The notes below the pieces were generated by a model, which was not told where the DNA came from, made no database searches, and saw nothing but the letters and a program-made list of their open reading frames with translations. Positions 18,599-30,300 of a stretch of DNA of 64,000 bases are shown here, piece by piece (position 1 is the stretch's first letter; every line of letters begins with the position of its first letter). The DNA is from a virus. Location of the stretch: positions 1 through 64,000 of IMG/VR virus record IMGVR_UViG_3300032323_002779. The stretch is one strand, 5' to 3'. The translations under genes and the position numbers were made by a program.

Positions 18599-19945
18599 AT
18601 GGAACAAGAAAAACAGTTATTAGCGAGTTTATTAGCGTATAATCAAATTCCTTTTGGAGATTACAAAAATTATGTAACTACCGATAGAGCAGTTGATTTA
18701 TTTGTTCAGGGGACACCTAAACAGGAAATTGACAAAATGTTCGTTTCGGCAGGTTTACCCGTACCAAAAGACGAATACCAAGCGTCACAAATATTTCAAA
18801 GAATTTATAATGAAATTTCTAACGTAGATAAAACTTCCTATTCGGGAACTTATCGTCAAGAGAAAGAGGAGGAACAACTACACAATCTATTAAATTCTTT
18901 ACACGAAAACCCGCACACAATACAGGTGGGCGGAAGCGGAGTAAATATGCCTAATAGTGGAAATAGTTTCTCTAATATTTTAAATCAAATTGAAAGTGGC
19001 TTTGTTTCAGGTCAAGGTCAAGGTCAAGGACAAGGACAAGGTCAAGGTCAAGGTCAAGGTCAGGGACAAGGACAAGGTCAGGGTCAAGGTCAAGGACAAG
19101 GTCAGGGTCAAGGTCAAGGTCAGGGTCAAGGTCAAGGTCAAGGACAAGAACAGGGTCAGGGTCAAGGAGAAAGCGGAGGAGAAGAGGGAGGAGAAAGAGA
19201 GCAAGAGCAAGGTCAAGGGCAGGGTCAAAGTCAGCAGGAGCAAGAGCAAGAGCAACGGGAAAATGATTTAGAAAGAGAAATCAGACTTTGTAGTGAGCAG
19301 ATTGCATCTTTGCAAATCACTTTAGCGGAACTTGAGGCTAAAAAGAAAAAAACACAAGCCGAACAAGACAATATTGAAAGTTTGGTAAAGCAAATAGCCG
19401 ATTTAGAGAACCAAATTTATATAATGATGGGGGCTTTGAATAATACTGAAGTATTGCAGGTTAACGACCAACAAGACTACGAATTGCCTTTGTATATGTT
19501 TGCCAATGTCAATAAACAATTAGGCGATTTAAAGTTTCAAATAGCAAAAAAATCTAATGATATTGAAAATCCTTATTTGAACGAAGTTGAAGATAAAAAA
19601 AGACGCAACGATTTAATTATCGATGTGGTGCTAACTAACTTAAAATATTACACTTACCAAAAATTAAAAAACGAAAATAAATTGTTAGATTTGTACCTTA
19701 CGGAAAAAGATTTAAAAGACCTTTTGATTAAATTCGGTAAAGGAAATTCAGTCGATAAAGTCGTTTTGAAAGTCAATGTGGCAGGTGCAGATGATTTAGT
19801 TATTGACAACGAAACAAGTATAGATTCTTTAGTTTATCAGTTGAACACAATTGAGAAAAACGTAGAAACTCTAAATAAAGATAAAAACATAGAACTTATT
19901 TTTACTGAAATGAAAAACGAATTACTAAATAAATTTATTATATAA
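18599..19945 (+). CDS. GQ-repeat and coiled-coil protein
   Basis: About 23 GQ dipeptides, then an E/Q-rich segment and a coiled coil; stop overlaps the AAA gene start. Confidence 0.75.
   Translation: MEQEKQLLASLLAYNQIPFGDYKNYVTTDRAVDLFVQGTPKQEIDKMFVSAGLPVPKDEYQASQIFQRIYNEISNVDKTSYSGTYRQEKEEEQLHNLLNSLHENPHTIQVGGSGVNMPNSGNSFSNILNQIESGFVSGQGQGQGQGQGQGQGQGQGQGQGQGQGQGQGQGQGQGQGQGQGQGQEQGQGQGESGGEEGGEREQEQGQGQGQSQQEQEQEQRENDLEREIRLCSEQIASLQITLAELEAKKKKTQAEQDNIESLVKQIADLENQIYIMMGALNNTEVLQVNDQQDYELPLYMFANVNKQLGDLKFQIAKKSNDIENPYLNEVEDKKRRNDLIIDVVLTNLKYYTYQKLKNENKLLDLYLTEKDLKDLLIKFGKGNSVDKVVLKVNVAGADDLVIDNETSIDSLVYQLNTIEKNVETLNKDKNIELIFTEMKNELLNKFII
19010..19165 (+). repeat. Hexamer tandem repeat encoding (GQ)n
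   Basis: Run of ggtcaa/ggacaa/ggtcag units. Confidence 0.95.
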
Positions 19946-21357
19946 TGGAAGATAATACAAGAGAAATAGAAAAATACCAAAGAATCATCGACAACAACGA
20001 CCCCGATAGTGTTGCGGTCAAAGTTGCGAAAGAACGGTTAGCCCAAATTCAACAACGTAAAAAAGTCGATGTTGACAAAGATTTTTCAGGAGTAGTTACT
20101 TCTATAAACACCTTAATCGATAAGGTTTACAATAGTAATGCGAGTTTGTCTAATAGAGATATTGACAATGCTATTAACGAAAGACTTAAAAAGTTCAAGA
20201 TTAAAGAAACCAATCTTTCTCCTGAACTTCAAAAGTTAATTGGGGAAACGAAAACTATTGAGGTAAAAGTAAATAACGTAAAAACTTTTGGTGGTAAAAC
20301 AGGCGAAGACCGAAGATTAATCGATGTTTTATTATCTGACTATGAGGCGCAAAACAACGTGTATTTGTACGGGGAGGCGGGAACAGGTAAAACTTTCGTA
20401 GCAGGTATTATTGCTGACAGAATTAACTACAAGTTGATTACCTTGAACTGTAACCAATATACTTCTCCTTTGGATATTTTAGGGGGACAAACAATTGACG
20501 GTTATCAAGAGGGTAGGTTGACCGAAGCGTGGGGGAATATCGATTTAGGATTAAATGCCAAAAATCAGCCTTACGAGGGTGCTTTATTGCTTTTGGACGA
20601 GTTGCCTAAAATCGACCCTAACACCGCAGGTTTATTGAATGACGCTTTAGCGAAAATCAAAGATGCCGTCAAAGTAGTTGAATTGGCTAACGGAAGCAAA
20701 ATAGAAGTTCAACCTACAATATCAAACGGTAGAGGGCAAAGAATTTCAAGAGCAAAGATTTTCATTATTGCCACAGGTAACTCTTTGCTGAACGAAGCAA
20801 ACAAAGACTACGAGGCGAATTTTAAACAGGACTTGTCGTTGCAAGACCGTTTTGCGGGAAGTTGTTACAGAATTACATACAACTACAAATTTGAGTATGA
20901 AAAAATAATGACAAACATATCTTCTGACAGTTTCCCTGACGGAACTATTATCGATATGACCTTTGCGTTTAACTTCTTGGCTCAATTGCGTATGAAAATT
21001 GTAGAGAAGAAATTGACAGGTATTGCTTTCGTTTCAACTCGTTTAATGATTGTAGCGAGAGATACTTTTATTGCTTACCTTGTGAACAGAGAGCAAACAC
21101 CAAACGTTATACCAAGACCTAAAAAGTTAAGCGAGGTTGTTAAGTCGTTCTTGTCTTTGTTTTCACAACAACAAAAAGAAACAATTGAGCAGGAATTGTC
21201 GGCAGAATTTAAAGCGTTTTACGACACCTGTGACGTCAAAGATGTAACGCCTTTGGCGCAATTAAATACGGCGACTGACGAAGAAAAAGAAACTGCTAAA
21301 CTGATTATTGAAGAAGCAGAAAAAAAATACGCTGACATTAGCGCAATTCCGTTATAA
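19945..21357 (+). CDS. MoxR/dynein-related AAA+ ATPase
   Basis: GEAGTGKT (Walker A), LLLDE (Walker B), IATGN (sensor 1) and LQDRF (arginine finger). Confidence 0.9.
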   Translation: MEDNTREIEKYQRIIDNNDPDSVAVKVAKERLAQIQQRKKVDVDKDFSGVVTSINTLIDKVYNSNASLSNRDIDNAINERLKKFKIKETNLSPELQKLIGETKTIEVKVNNVKTFGGKTGEDRRLIDVLLSDYEAQNNVYLYGEAGTGKTFVAGIIADRINYKLITLNCNQYTSPLDILGGQTIDGYQEGRLTEAWGNIDLGLNAKNQPYEGALLLLDELPKIDPNTAGLLNDALAKIKDAVKVVELANGSKIEVQPTISNGRGQRISRAKIFIIATGNSLLNEANKDYEANFKQDLSLQDRFAGSCYRITYNYKFEYEKIMTNISSDSFPDGTIIDMTFAFNFLAQLRMKIVEKKLTGIAFVSTRLMIVARDTFIAYLVNREQTPNVIPRPKKLSEVVKSFLSLFSQQQKETIEQELSAEFKAFYDTCDVKDVTPLAQLNTATDEEKETAKLIIEEAEKKYADISAIPL

Positions 21358-21360
21358 GAT

Positions 21361-22950
21361 ATGATAAATGCAACTCTTGCAAATAGATTAGAATTTTACT
21401 TCTACAATTCTCAAAGAGATTTGTTAAAAGAAGTTGAAGACTATTGGTTGAATAATCCAACAGAGGTGGATTCAATCAATAGTTATTCTACATCTGATAG
21501 AGATATTCGGAATTCTCCAAGTTTTTACGGCTACGACCCTAATAGCCCTAAAACTCTTGCGGAGCAGTTTTCTTATGACGAGATTAAAGCATTTAGCGAT
21601 ATGCCTTTGTTGGAAAGCACTTTAAATAGTTTTTCTGATATTAGAAAAAACTTGGACTTGGGAGGCGATTTTGATTCAGCAAGAATGAAGTTTACTTCCT
21701 TGCCTAAAGGGGTTTTTAATTTTGGCGTTGCCTCAAAAGGTTTGTACAGAAAAGTTGAGTATTATGACGAAGCAAACGATGTTGTAGTCGATAGCAACCT
21801 TGTTTTGCAAAGCGAAATAAATAATACCCCGTATTACATCTTTAAAGGAAACAGAGTTTATTTAAGAAAGCAACAAGAGGGTACTTCTTTGATTGAAAAA
21901 TATTGCAAAGACGTAAAAGTTGAATATTCAGAGGTTCATAAATTGAGTTTGCCTTTTAAAGACGGTAAAATTTATAATGGTTGTGGATTTGAGGTAGATA
22001 AAGAAAAAGGTATTTACGCAAAATTGAAGTACGCTACCACTACCAAAAAAGTCTTTATGTATAGAGAGAAACTTGGTGGCGGAATTTCGCCTTACGTTGA
22101 TTTATTCATAGTTGTAGGAGGTCTTGGAGATGTTGATACAGAGAATATGTTGGCTAAAAACTTACCGACATTTATCGTTGCTGACATTTTGGAAAAAGCG
22201 GGTGTTAAGGTTAGGATATATGGGGTTAGAGGGTATGATACACCTGAAAACACATTGGTTTTTTTACCTTTTGCTATAAAAGAGTACGGAGAAACGCTCG
22301 ACTTTGGAAATCTTGCCTCTTTTACTTCTGACATACGTTTTTTCAGGGTAAATCTTTGGCGCAGTTTGGCTACTGTTAGAAGAATGGCTCAAAAGGCAAA
22401 TGACCCAAATAGCACGAATTATCCTTACGGGTATGGTTCTACTTTATATGGGTTTAAAAACGGTCAGCGTGATGACTTATACGATGCTTTTCAAATGTTT
22501 AAAAATTGGGTTTTTAATCAAAAAGGCTCTGTAAGAAATACAACAAAAATTAACGACAAAGGATTAATGATTCTTGGTGGTTTAAGAAATTTGAGCAGTA
22601 CCGATAGGTTGACAAGTACAAATCAAGCACAGACTTTTCAAAAAATAAAAGAAGAGGTTTATAGAATTTTGGATTATGTAGGTATGTTGTTGACTAACAA
22701 CCCCTCAAAATTCATTCAAAATATTTACATCAGGGAGAAAGAAGACCCTAAATACGCAAATTTATCCGATGCTTATGTAAAGCAGGTAATTACAGGATAT
22801 TTGTCAGGTTTAATAAGGGATAATCTTCAAATCGTTCCAAATTTAGGCGACCCAAGATTAAAGGTTTACGAAACGCCTACTGATGAAGTTTTAAGAATCA
22901 AAGAAAGAACAGACGACTTGATTAAGGCAATCGAAAAAACATTAAGGTAA
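21361..22950 (+). CDS. Probable divergent VWA-like partner of the AAA+ ATPase
   Basis: Follows the MoxR gene; VDLFIVVG...DILEKAGVKVRIYG strand/helix pattern; MIDAS motif degenerate. Confidence 0.55.
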   Translation: MINATLANRLEFYFYNSQRDLLKEVEDYWLNNPTEVDSINSYSTSDRDIRNSPSFYGYDPNSPKTLAEQFSYDEIKAFSDMPLLESTLNSFSDIRKNLDLGGDFDSARMKFTSLPKGVFNFGVASKGLYRKVEYYDEANDVVVDSNLVLQSEINNTPYYIFKGNRVYLRKQQEGTSLIEKYCKDVKVEYSEVHKLSLPFKDGKIYNGCGFEVDKEKGIYAKLKYATTTKKVFMYREKLGGGISPYVDLFIVVGGLGDVDTENMLAKNLPTFIVADILEKAGVKVRIYGVRGYDTPENTLVFLPFAIKEYGETLDFGNLASFTSDIRFFRVNLWRSLATVRRMAQKANDPNSTNYPYGYGSTLYGFKNGQRDDLYDAFQMFKNWVFNQKGSVRNTTKINDKGLMILGGLRNLSSTDRLTSTNQAQTFQKIKEEVYRILDYVGMLLTNNPSKFIQNIYIREKEDPKYANLSDAYVKQVITGYLSGLIRDNLQIVPNLGDPRLKVYETPTDEVLRIKERTDDLIKAIEKTLR

Positions 22951-22951
22951 G

Positions 22952-23227
22952 ATGATAGAAGAAGTAACAAAGCGGAAAAAATATTACCAAGATTTTGGTA
23001 AACATAAAAACGTGTCTTTAAGTAAAGTTGAGGTGTTGAAGCACCCTGAAATTCCAAACACTTTTTTTATTCACGTCAATTACCATATTGGAGAGGGCGG
23101 TATTTACAAGGAAACAGAGATACTTGAAACATACATTCCTGAAAAGGGTTGGCAAAGTTTAGAAGACGGAATGACAAGGTTGGAATACGGTGCTTTTTTA
23201 GGCGATTTAAAGCCAACAGAAATTTAA
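22952..23227 (+). CDS. Hypothetical protein
   Basis: 91-aa ORF in the operon. Confidence 0.65.
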   Translation: MIEEVTKRKKYYQDFGKHKNVSLSKVEVLKHPEIPNTFFIHVNYHIGEGGIYKETEILETYIPEKGWQSLEDGMTRLEYGAFLGDLKPTEI

Positions 23228-23243
23228 TTTTAAAAGGTAAGAG

Positions 23244-24374
23244 ATGGAATTAATAATGGATTATAAAGAGGGTGGTTTAATATATGATTGGCGAGGCAAT
23301 ATGTACTTGGTTTCATTTAAGACCCTTTACAACTTGGTTTTGATAGAGTTTCAAAACGAAATTAAAAATGACAATCCGTATTCTCAATGGCAAGGTAATT
23401 TGCCTTTGTTCACTTGGAAAAATTATAATTTAACCAATTTGGACGATATTCGTGAACTAAATACAAAATTTGATGGTTCAGGTATGGTAACTGCCCCTGT
23501 GGGAGATTATAAAAAGGTTTATGGGGTTGAAATAGGTTCTGTTGTTGAGTTCGATTATAAGCAAATGATGTTGGTCGGACAAACAGACAGAAAGATTTTA
23601 AGTTTCACGCTAAAAAGACCTGTTTTATTTGATTTTAATAAGGTAAAAGAAAAATACATAGTATTTGATAGGTTGAACAAATTAAGCGATTTGCAGAGAG
23701 AATTTGATGCTAATTGGTCTGAATATCTAATAACTCCTTTTGCTTCAAAAGAAAACATTGATTGGACTGTTGTTAGAGATAGATTGCCTTTTGAAGAAGT
23801 TTTTACTAAATCGTTGATTATCGACACTTTTAAATATGCAACAACTTCGGACATAACTTTAGATGAATTTTATAGTGTAATTGACACTAAAAAGTTAAAT
23901 CAGATTAAAGACGAAAGCATTAAAAATGAGATTGTAGAACTCATAAAACAAACTTTGGTTCTTGCAAAAGAAAACAACAGTATCGGTGTTAAGGCAGAAC
24001 CTAAAAAGACTGTCGAACCAATAAATGTAGTTGATGATGAAAATGCGGGTAAAACTCTTTACAGGATAAATGTTGTTGTTTCAGCAATGGAAAAAGACGG
24101 CGGGACTAAATATCCTAAAATCTATGATGTTTATGCTGATAACGAAACGGAAGCATTAGAGAAAATAAGGCAGGATTTTAAAGACGATGAAGATTTTAGA
24201 TTAGGCGATTTGTACTATGACTATGATGAAATTGTAGAAGTAATTCCTCCGACTAAAAAAGAGCCTGTTTTAGAAAAACCGATTGAAGAAACAGATAATC
24301 TTGATGATTTGTTGGCACTTTATCAAATTGAAGAAACCGAAAATCTTGACGACTTATTAAAACTATACGAATAA
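23244..24374 (+). CDS. Hypothetical protein
   Basis: N-terminal DYKEGG and a duplicated C-terminal EET[DE]NLDDLL. Confidence 0.7.
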   Translation: MELIMDYKEGGLIYDWRGNMYLVSFKTLYNLVLIEFQNEIKNDNPYSQWQGNLPLFTWKNYNLTNLDDIRELNTKFDGSGMVTAPVGDYKKVYGVEIGSVVEFDYKQMMLVGQTDRKILSFTLKRPVLFDFNKVKEKYIVFDRLNKLSDLQREFDANWSEYLITPFASKENIDWTVVRDRLPFEEVFTKSLIIDTFKYATTSDITLDEFYSVIDTKKLNQIKDESIKNEIVELIKQTLVLAKENNSIGVKAEPKKTVEPINVVDDENAGKTLYRINVVVSAMEKDGGTKYPKIYDVYADNETEALEKIRQDFKDDEDFRLGDLYYDYDEIVEVIPPTKKEPVLEKPIEETDNLDDLLALYQIEETENLDDLLKLYE

Positions 24375-24389
24375 TTAAAAATTAAAAAT

Positions 24390-27300
24390 ATGAACGCTAC
24401 TTTATTAAAAAAATACGAAACGATTGACCAATCTAAAGTGTCTGAAAAAGACAAAAAAGTATTGGAGCAAGTGAAAAAACTTACCAATAGTTTCGAGGAA
24501 ACCGATGAAGCAAAAAACAAAGTTGCTGAAAAGATATTAGACCAAATTACAATGCTTAATCCTGATGCCGTAAAAAAGCCACAGGTGGTTGCTCAAAAAG
24601 TAGCCAAAGCGAAGAAAGTTGCTAAAGCAAAAAAACCTGCCACTACGTCAACCGCTAAAGGTTCAGGAAACAACATTATGTCTGTTGCCAAAGAAATCCA
24701 AAAAGCAGGAGAGTCTTGGAAAGATGCTATGGAACGTGCCAAACAAGTTCTTAAAGAGCGTAGAGAAAAAGTTGTTGAACAAAAGAAAACAGAATTAGAA
24801 AAACTTTATGCTCTTGTTAAAACTAAAAAAGAGTTGCAGGGTTTTGCGAAATCTGATATTCAACGTGACGCAGTTCGTGATGCTAAACCGAGAGGAGCGA
24901 GAGTTGTAACAAAAGCAGGTAAAACTTATAATCAATACGGAGAGTGGGATAACAAGATTGGAAGAAAGTATTGGGAAACTCGTGACCGCCACTCTGACCG
25001 TTTAGCACCTAACTACCCAAAAGATATGCCTAAATTGGCAAGTGGGGGTGCGGTAAGCGATGCTCCTTTTTCCGTTGAGGTTTTTAAAACTAAATTGAGA
25101 TTCGATAATCAACTTCCAAGTTCCTCAAAAGGCGACTTCCCAACATTTGCTAAAGCAAAAGAGTTTGCTATTGATATGATTGACAACGGTAATTACTACG
25201 CTTACATAAACAGTAAAAATGGTTACTTATGGGGGGTTGATTCTAAAGGTGTAGAGCAATTTGCTGACGGCGGAATGTTCAACACAAATGTTCATAGCGG
25301 TACTGCTTTTATGGATAATGCCTACTTCGCAGATGGCGGAGAATTAGATGATGAAATGCTTAAAAGCATATATTCTATAACTGAATTGACAAGTAAAAGG
25401 GAGCATAAGGCTTACATTGCTCTTCAAAATAAAAACAATAAATACGATATTATATTTGAGCCGTATGAGAAATACATAAACAATAGAGAGGATTATAAGG
25501 ACTATAAAAAACTTTATCAAGCAGGAGTACGCCATTTAGACGGAACTCCTTATTATGATAACGGTGGTAATGTAGGTCAAAAGAAATACCAAGTACAATA
25601 TAATGTTGGAAACGTTAAGTATTTGGTTAGTTTCCACGATGGTATTCAGAAACATAAAGACGGTAGTAATTTTTATGAAATTAGGACTTTTAATAACAAA
25701 AAAGACCTTGAGGATTTCTTAAACAAATTATCAAAACAGGGTTACAGAGAAATGGGTTATAATACTGCTTTTGATAATGGCGGAATGTTTGAAGCCCCTA
25801 TCGCAAAAATGAAAGAGGTTAAAGGCAAAACTGTTAGTGTGCCTGTAAGTGAAGAAATATACAGTTCAGAGATTAACGAGTTCGTTAACTATGTAGATTC
25901 TTTTTATGGTAAAAAAGGAATTTACGCAGAAGATTTGAACGGTGGTTTTACAAAAGCGGAAATTAGAAAAGCGGTCAATAAATACATTGAAAACTTAAAC
26001 TCTAATGGAACTTGGGGTGGTGGAGATTCTTTGGACAGAGAGCGTGTTAGACAGATATTGCAACCGTCATATAGTTTGTTAGAAAACGGAGGTGGAATTG
26101 ATGGCGGAATGAACAAATTAACAATTCAGGACGTTTCTTTCGCAAACGGCGGTGGCGTTGGTAAAATGCCTGAATGGTCTGTATCTATTACAAGCGAAGA
26201 TGGAGATACTTATGATTGGGTAGGTTTTGCTAAAAACGAAGACGATGCTTTATATAAAGCGGAACAAGAGGCGGGTTTTGAAAGCGTTGAATCGGGTATT
26301 AACGAAATTACCGATGCAGACGGTAATAAAATTGAATATGCAAACGGCGGTTCGCTTCCGTTTATGACAGACCCGAACTTTGGTAATTTCCAAGATACAG
26401 GTATGTTTGAGAGTGGTGGTAGTATGGCAAACTTAACCGAGCAAGAATTTTTGAAACAATACTTTGGCGTGAATGTATTTACTGAAAACCCGTCACAATA
26501 CTTTGAAATTAAAAAAATGTCAAGTTCTAATGATGACAAAATAGATGCTTTTGTAAAAGAGTTAAAAGCGGACGGCTTTACTGTTAAGAAAAGAGCGTAC
26601 TCTGATTTTACCTCTGTAATGGGTGTTAAAAAGAAAGGTTCTTACGAACTTGGCGGTGCGTTTGTGATGACTGATTTAGCAGGTCACACGGGAGGTTCTG
26701 ACGGTTTGGGTAATCCAATGCCTTTAAGCGGTACTTCAGGGACTTATTACACGGGTCTTGTAGGAGAAACAGGTGCTATGTCAAGCGGAGAGTTGTTTGC
26801 AAGAGGTGGTGCAGTTGGAGATAATGTTTTAGGATTGAAAAAAGGAGATATTTATAAAATTATAGATACATTCCATACCGCAAGTTATGATACAACAATG
26901 TCAGTATTTACTTTTATAGACTACGAAGACAAATACGGCGAAATCGTATTAAAGTCTATACCTTTTCCTCCAAACCCAAAACGAAAAAATGATTTTATTT
27001 ATGTTTCTGATGTTTCAAGTGACGGAATAAAAATTTTAAATGACGAAGAGATTGGTCAAGTAATTTCGAGAAAATATAAAAATTTCGTTCAAAATAATTA
27101 CGAAGCAGGTGGAGTTATGGCTCAAAACCAACAAGTAATCAACGATGCTTCTCAACCTTATGTAATTACCGAAGCATTTGGAAATCCTGCTCAACAACTT
27201 GGTATGTTGGCTAAAGGAGGGTCAATAGAAAATCAATATGAGGGTAGAACTCCTGAAGATGTTTGGGATAATTGGACGGAAAAACAAAAAATACATTTTT

Positions 27301-30300
27301 TATTAGACCATATATCGAACAAAGAGATTGTTAAATCTTCTAATTTAGAAGAAATATGTAAATTAACAGGAAGCGAGTTAATGGATTTTGAAAATCGTAA
27401 AATTATTGATGGTATTAAAGTTGTAGATATTAGAAATGCTTTAGTCATTCACGTTAGAGAGGGTCAATACGCTAAAGGTGGTTCAATCCCTAATAATTAT
27501 GAGGGAAGAGAACCTGAAGATATTTGGAATAATTGGGATTTATCACAAAAATTACATTTTTTAAGTGACCATACCGAAGAAGTTTATGGAAGAATATCAG
27601 TAAAAGGAGAAACAAATGATGAAATAAACGAGTTTTTCGGAAAATTGATTTATAAAAAATATGAGGACTTACCTCTAAACACAAAATTTGCTTTAGTTAT
27701 GCACACAACTCGTGGTCAATACGCAAGTGGCGGTTCATTAGGCGAAGAGTTAATGGGAGGTCAATCTAACGCAACTTTAAAACCAAGTGGTTATCATTTA
27801 GTTTCTGCAAAAGGTAGAGAAATAATCGTTTCTGATGACGGAGGAAACTCTAAAGAGAGATGGGTTAAAAATAACGGATTTAGTGGTTATAGACTTGTTT
27901 ACAAAGGAAACGACTATGAGTTTACAGATAGTTTTGAGGGAGGCGGAATGTTCGACCCAAACGTTTCTGACGGAACTCAATTTATGAATGGGGTTTATGC
28001 TAACGGCGGTTCGATTGAAGAGGGCGATAAAGTTACAATAACAACGAGTTCTTTAGGAAAAGACTATGTAGGTATGTCAGGAACTATAACTTCAAGAAAG
28101 TTGTTGAATGACAAATATTCTGTTAGATTATCAAATGGACTTGAAATGGCTTTTAGCAAAGACGAATTCAAACATAATTCTATAAATCCAAGATTTGCCA
28201 AAGGCGGATTTGTAGGAACAGTTGAATTTAATGCAGGAGATATTGTTTGGCAAAAAGACGAAAAACGATACGCTTTTGTAATGAATAATTACGGCGACCC
28301 TATTAACGGAAGTAGCGGAGAGATTAGACTTGACACAACAGGGAATACGCCTATTTTTACTTATAATAAAAATTTTACAAAGGAAACAGGTTACAACCTT
28401 GTTAAATTAGGAGAAAAAGGCGATACAGGAAAATTTACTCCTGAAGTTCTCGCTGAAATGAAAGAACAAGGAAAAAAGTATTTAGATTCTGCAAAAAGTA
28501 ATAAAGGAAGCCAACAAAAAGAAAATATCGCTTACATCGAAAAAGTTGTAAGAAGAACTCTTGACGGAGAGTTTGACGATATGGTTAAACCAACTATCTC
28601 AAGTGAAACTACTTATGTTCCAAACGCAGACGTAAAGGAATTAAGTGTGGTTGTTAAGGGGGAATTGAAAAATTTAACGGGTTCTGATATTGTAAACGGA
28701 GTTTATATCAAAAATACAGGCAAATCTACTCCCAAAGCAGATGCCAATGCCGTGTTTGCTAAAATCCTTAAAGATGCTAAAGAAGCAAAGGTTGGAAAGT
28801 CTAAAAAATTCGATGCTACTGATTTGAAGAAAATAAATCTTGAAATGGTGCAAAAACTTGTTGAAGCAGGTTATACAGAACAACAAATAAGAAATATTAT
28901 TTTCGGCTACGCTTTTGATAACGAAATTATTGCTGATAACGAACTTGAATACGATAATGGTATTTTTTCTTATGAAGAAAGTTATGTTGCTCAAAAAGTA
29001 GATGGTTTGGTTCAGGCTAAAAAAGAGAATGAGTTTGTATTAGGAATTGAATATCCTGATTTTGATTGGCAAGGTATTATTAAAAAATACAAAATATCTT
29101 CTAAACCAAAAGATTTGGTTCGCAAATTAAGAGCGGGAAGTTGGGGTCATACTGAATATTTCTACGAAGTGTTCGTAGGGGAAAATATTGTGTTAGGTCA
29201 CAATTACGGATACAAAAATTTTGATGCTGACGGAAAAGTGAAAGACGACTATATTGAGAAAGGTAAAAAAGTTTCAGACCCTACTAAACAAAATGCTTGG
29301 CAAAAAGAAAGAGAGTATAGAGCAGGTTTTAATGGTGGTTATTGGTATATCGTTTCTTCAAAAATCGAGATTATCGATGATGTTTTGAAAACCTTACTTG
29401 CTCAAAAAGGAGGGTATTGCAAAGAAATATCGTTTTATGATGATAATTTTGCTGAAACATTAACTGAAAACAAAATTTCTTTTGCTGATGGTGGCGCAAT
29501 CGGAATCGGTAAAAATGGATATGTAGCCTTTTACAAAGGAAAACGTATTGAAGTTTATGCTGACACTATGTATGAAGCACAAAAGACCGCTTCTCAACAT
29601 TTTAAAGCACGAAAAGATTACGATGTAAACGTTGTATTGGCAGAGGTTGACGGTAAGCCTTATATTAACTCTACTATGTTTGCTGACGGTGGCTCTATGT
29701 CGGAAGACGTGTCGGAGTGTAAGAAACTTGTTTCTGCTTTCTGTAAAGAATTTGGAGATAAATTTGGTCTTAATGAAGAAGCGATTTTAGAAAAAGTTAA
29801 GTTTAGAGATTATCTTGGATATGGCGCAAGTGTTTTTGTTAGTCTTTCAGTTTCTTCAAATGTTACAGATTTAAAAGTAGGAGAAACAAGACCGACAGGA
29901 GGTTATATAATTTTTACAAGTGACATTAATCCAAATGGAGTTACAGGTAAAGACGATATAGCAAGAACTTACACTATTGATATTGAAATAAAAGGAAGTA
30001 AAAGATATACCCAAAGAAGAACGGAAGAGGGTAGATACTTTAAGTCTTACAATTACGGAAGAACAATTGAGGAGGCTATGGATAAAACCGATACTAAAAT
30101 AATTTACGACCTATATCCTTTAGAGAAAAAAGATGATTTAAAATTTAAAATGAGTCATCTATTTGCTGACGGCGGAGGTGTTTCAGGAAAATTAGAAAGC
30201 GGTGTTTATAGAGTTGGTAAACCAACAAAAGTTTCGGCTAATTTGTACGAACAAAAAATTGCTGAAATTTTTGATAATGGAGATATTTCAACTGCAAGTG

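Noticed and set aside
18990-19271. Alternative-frame ORFs (KVKVKV... on +, LTLTLT... on -)
   Set aside because: These are shadows of the (GQ)n hexamer repeat inside 18599-19945.
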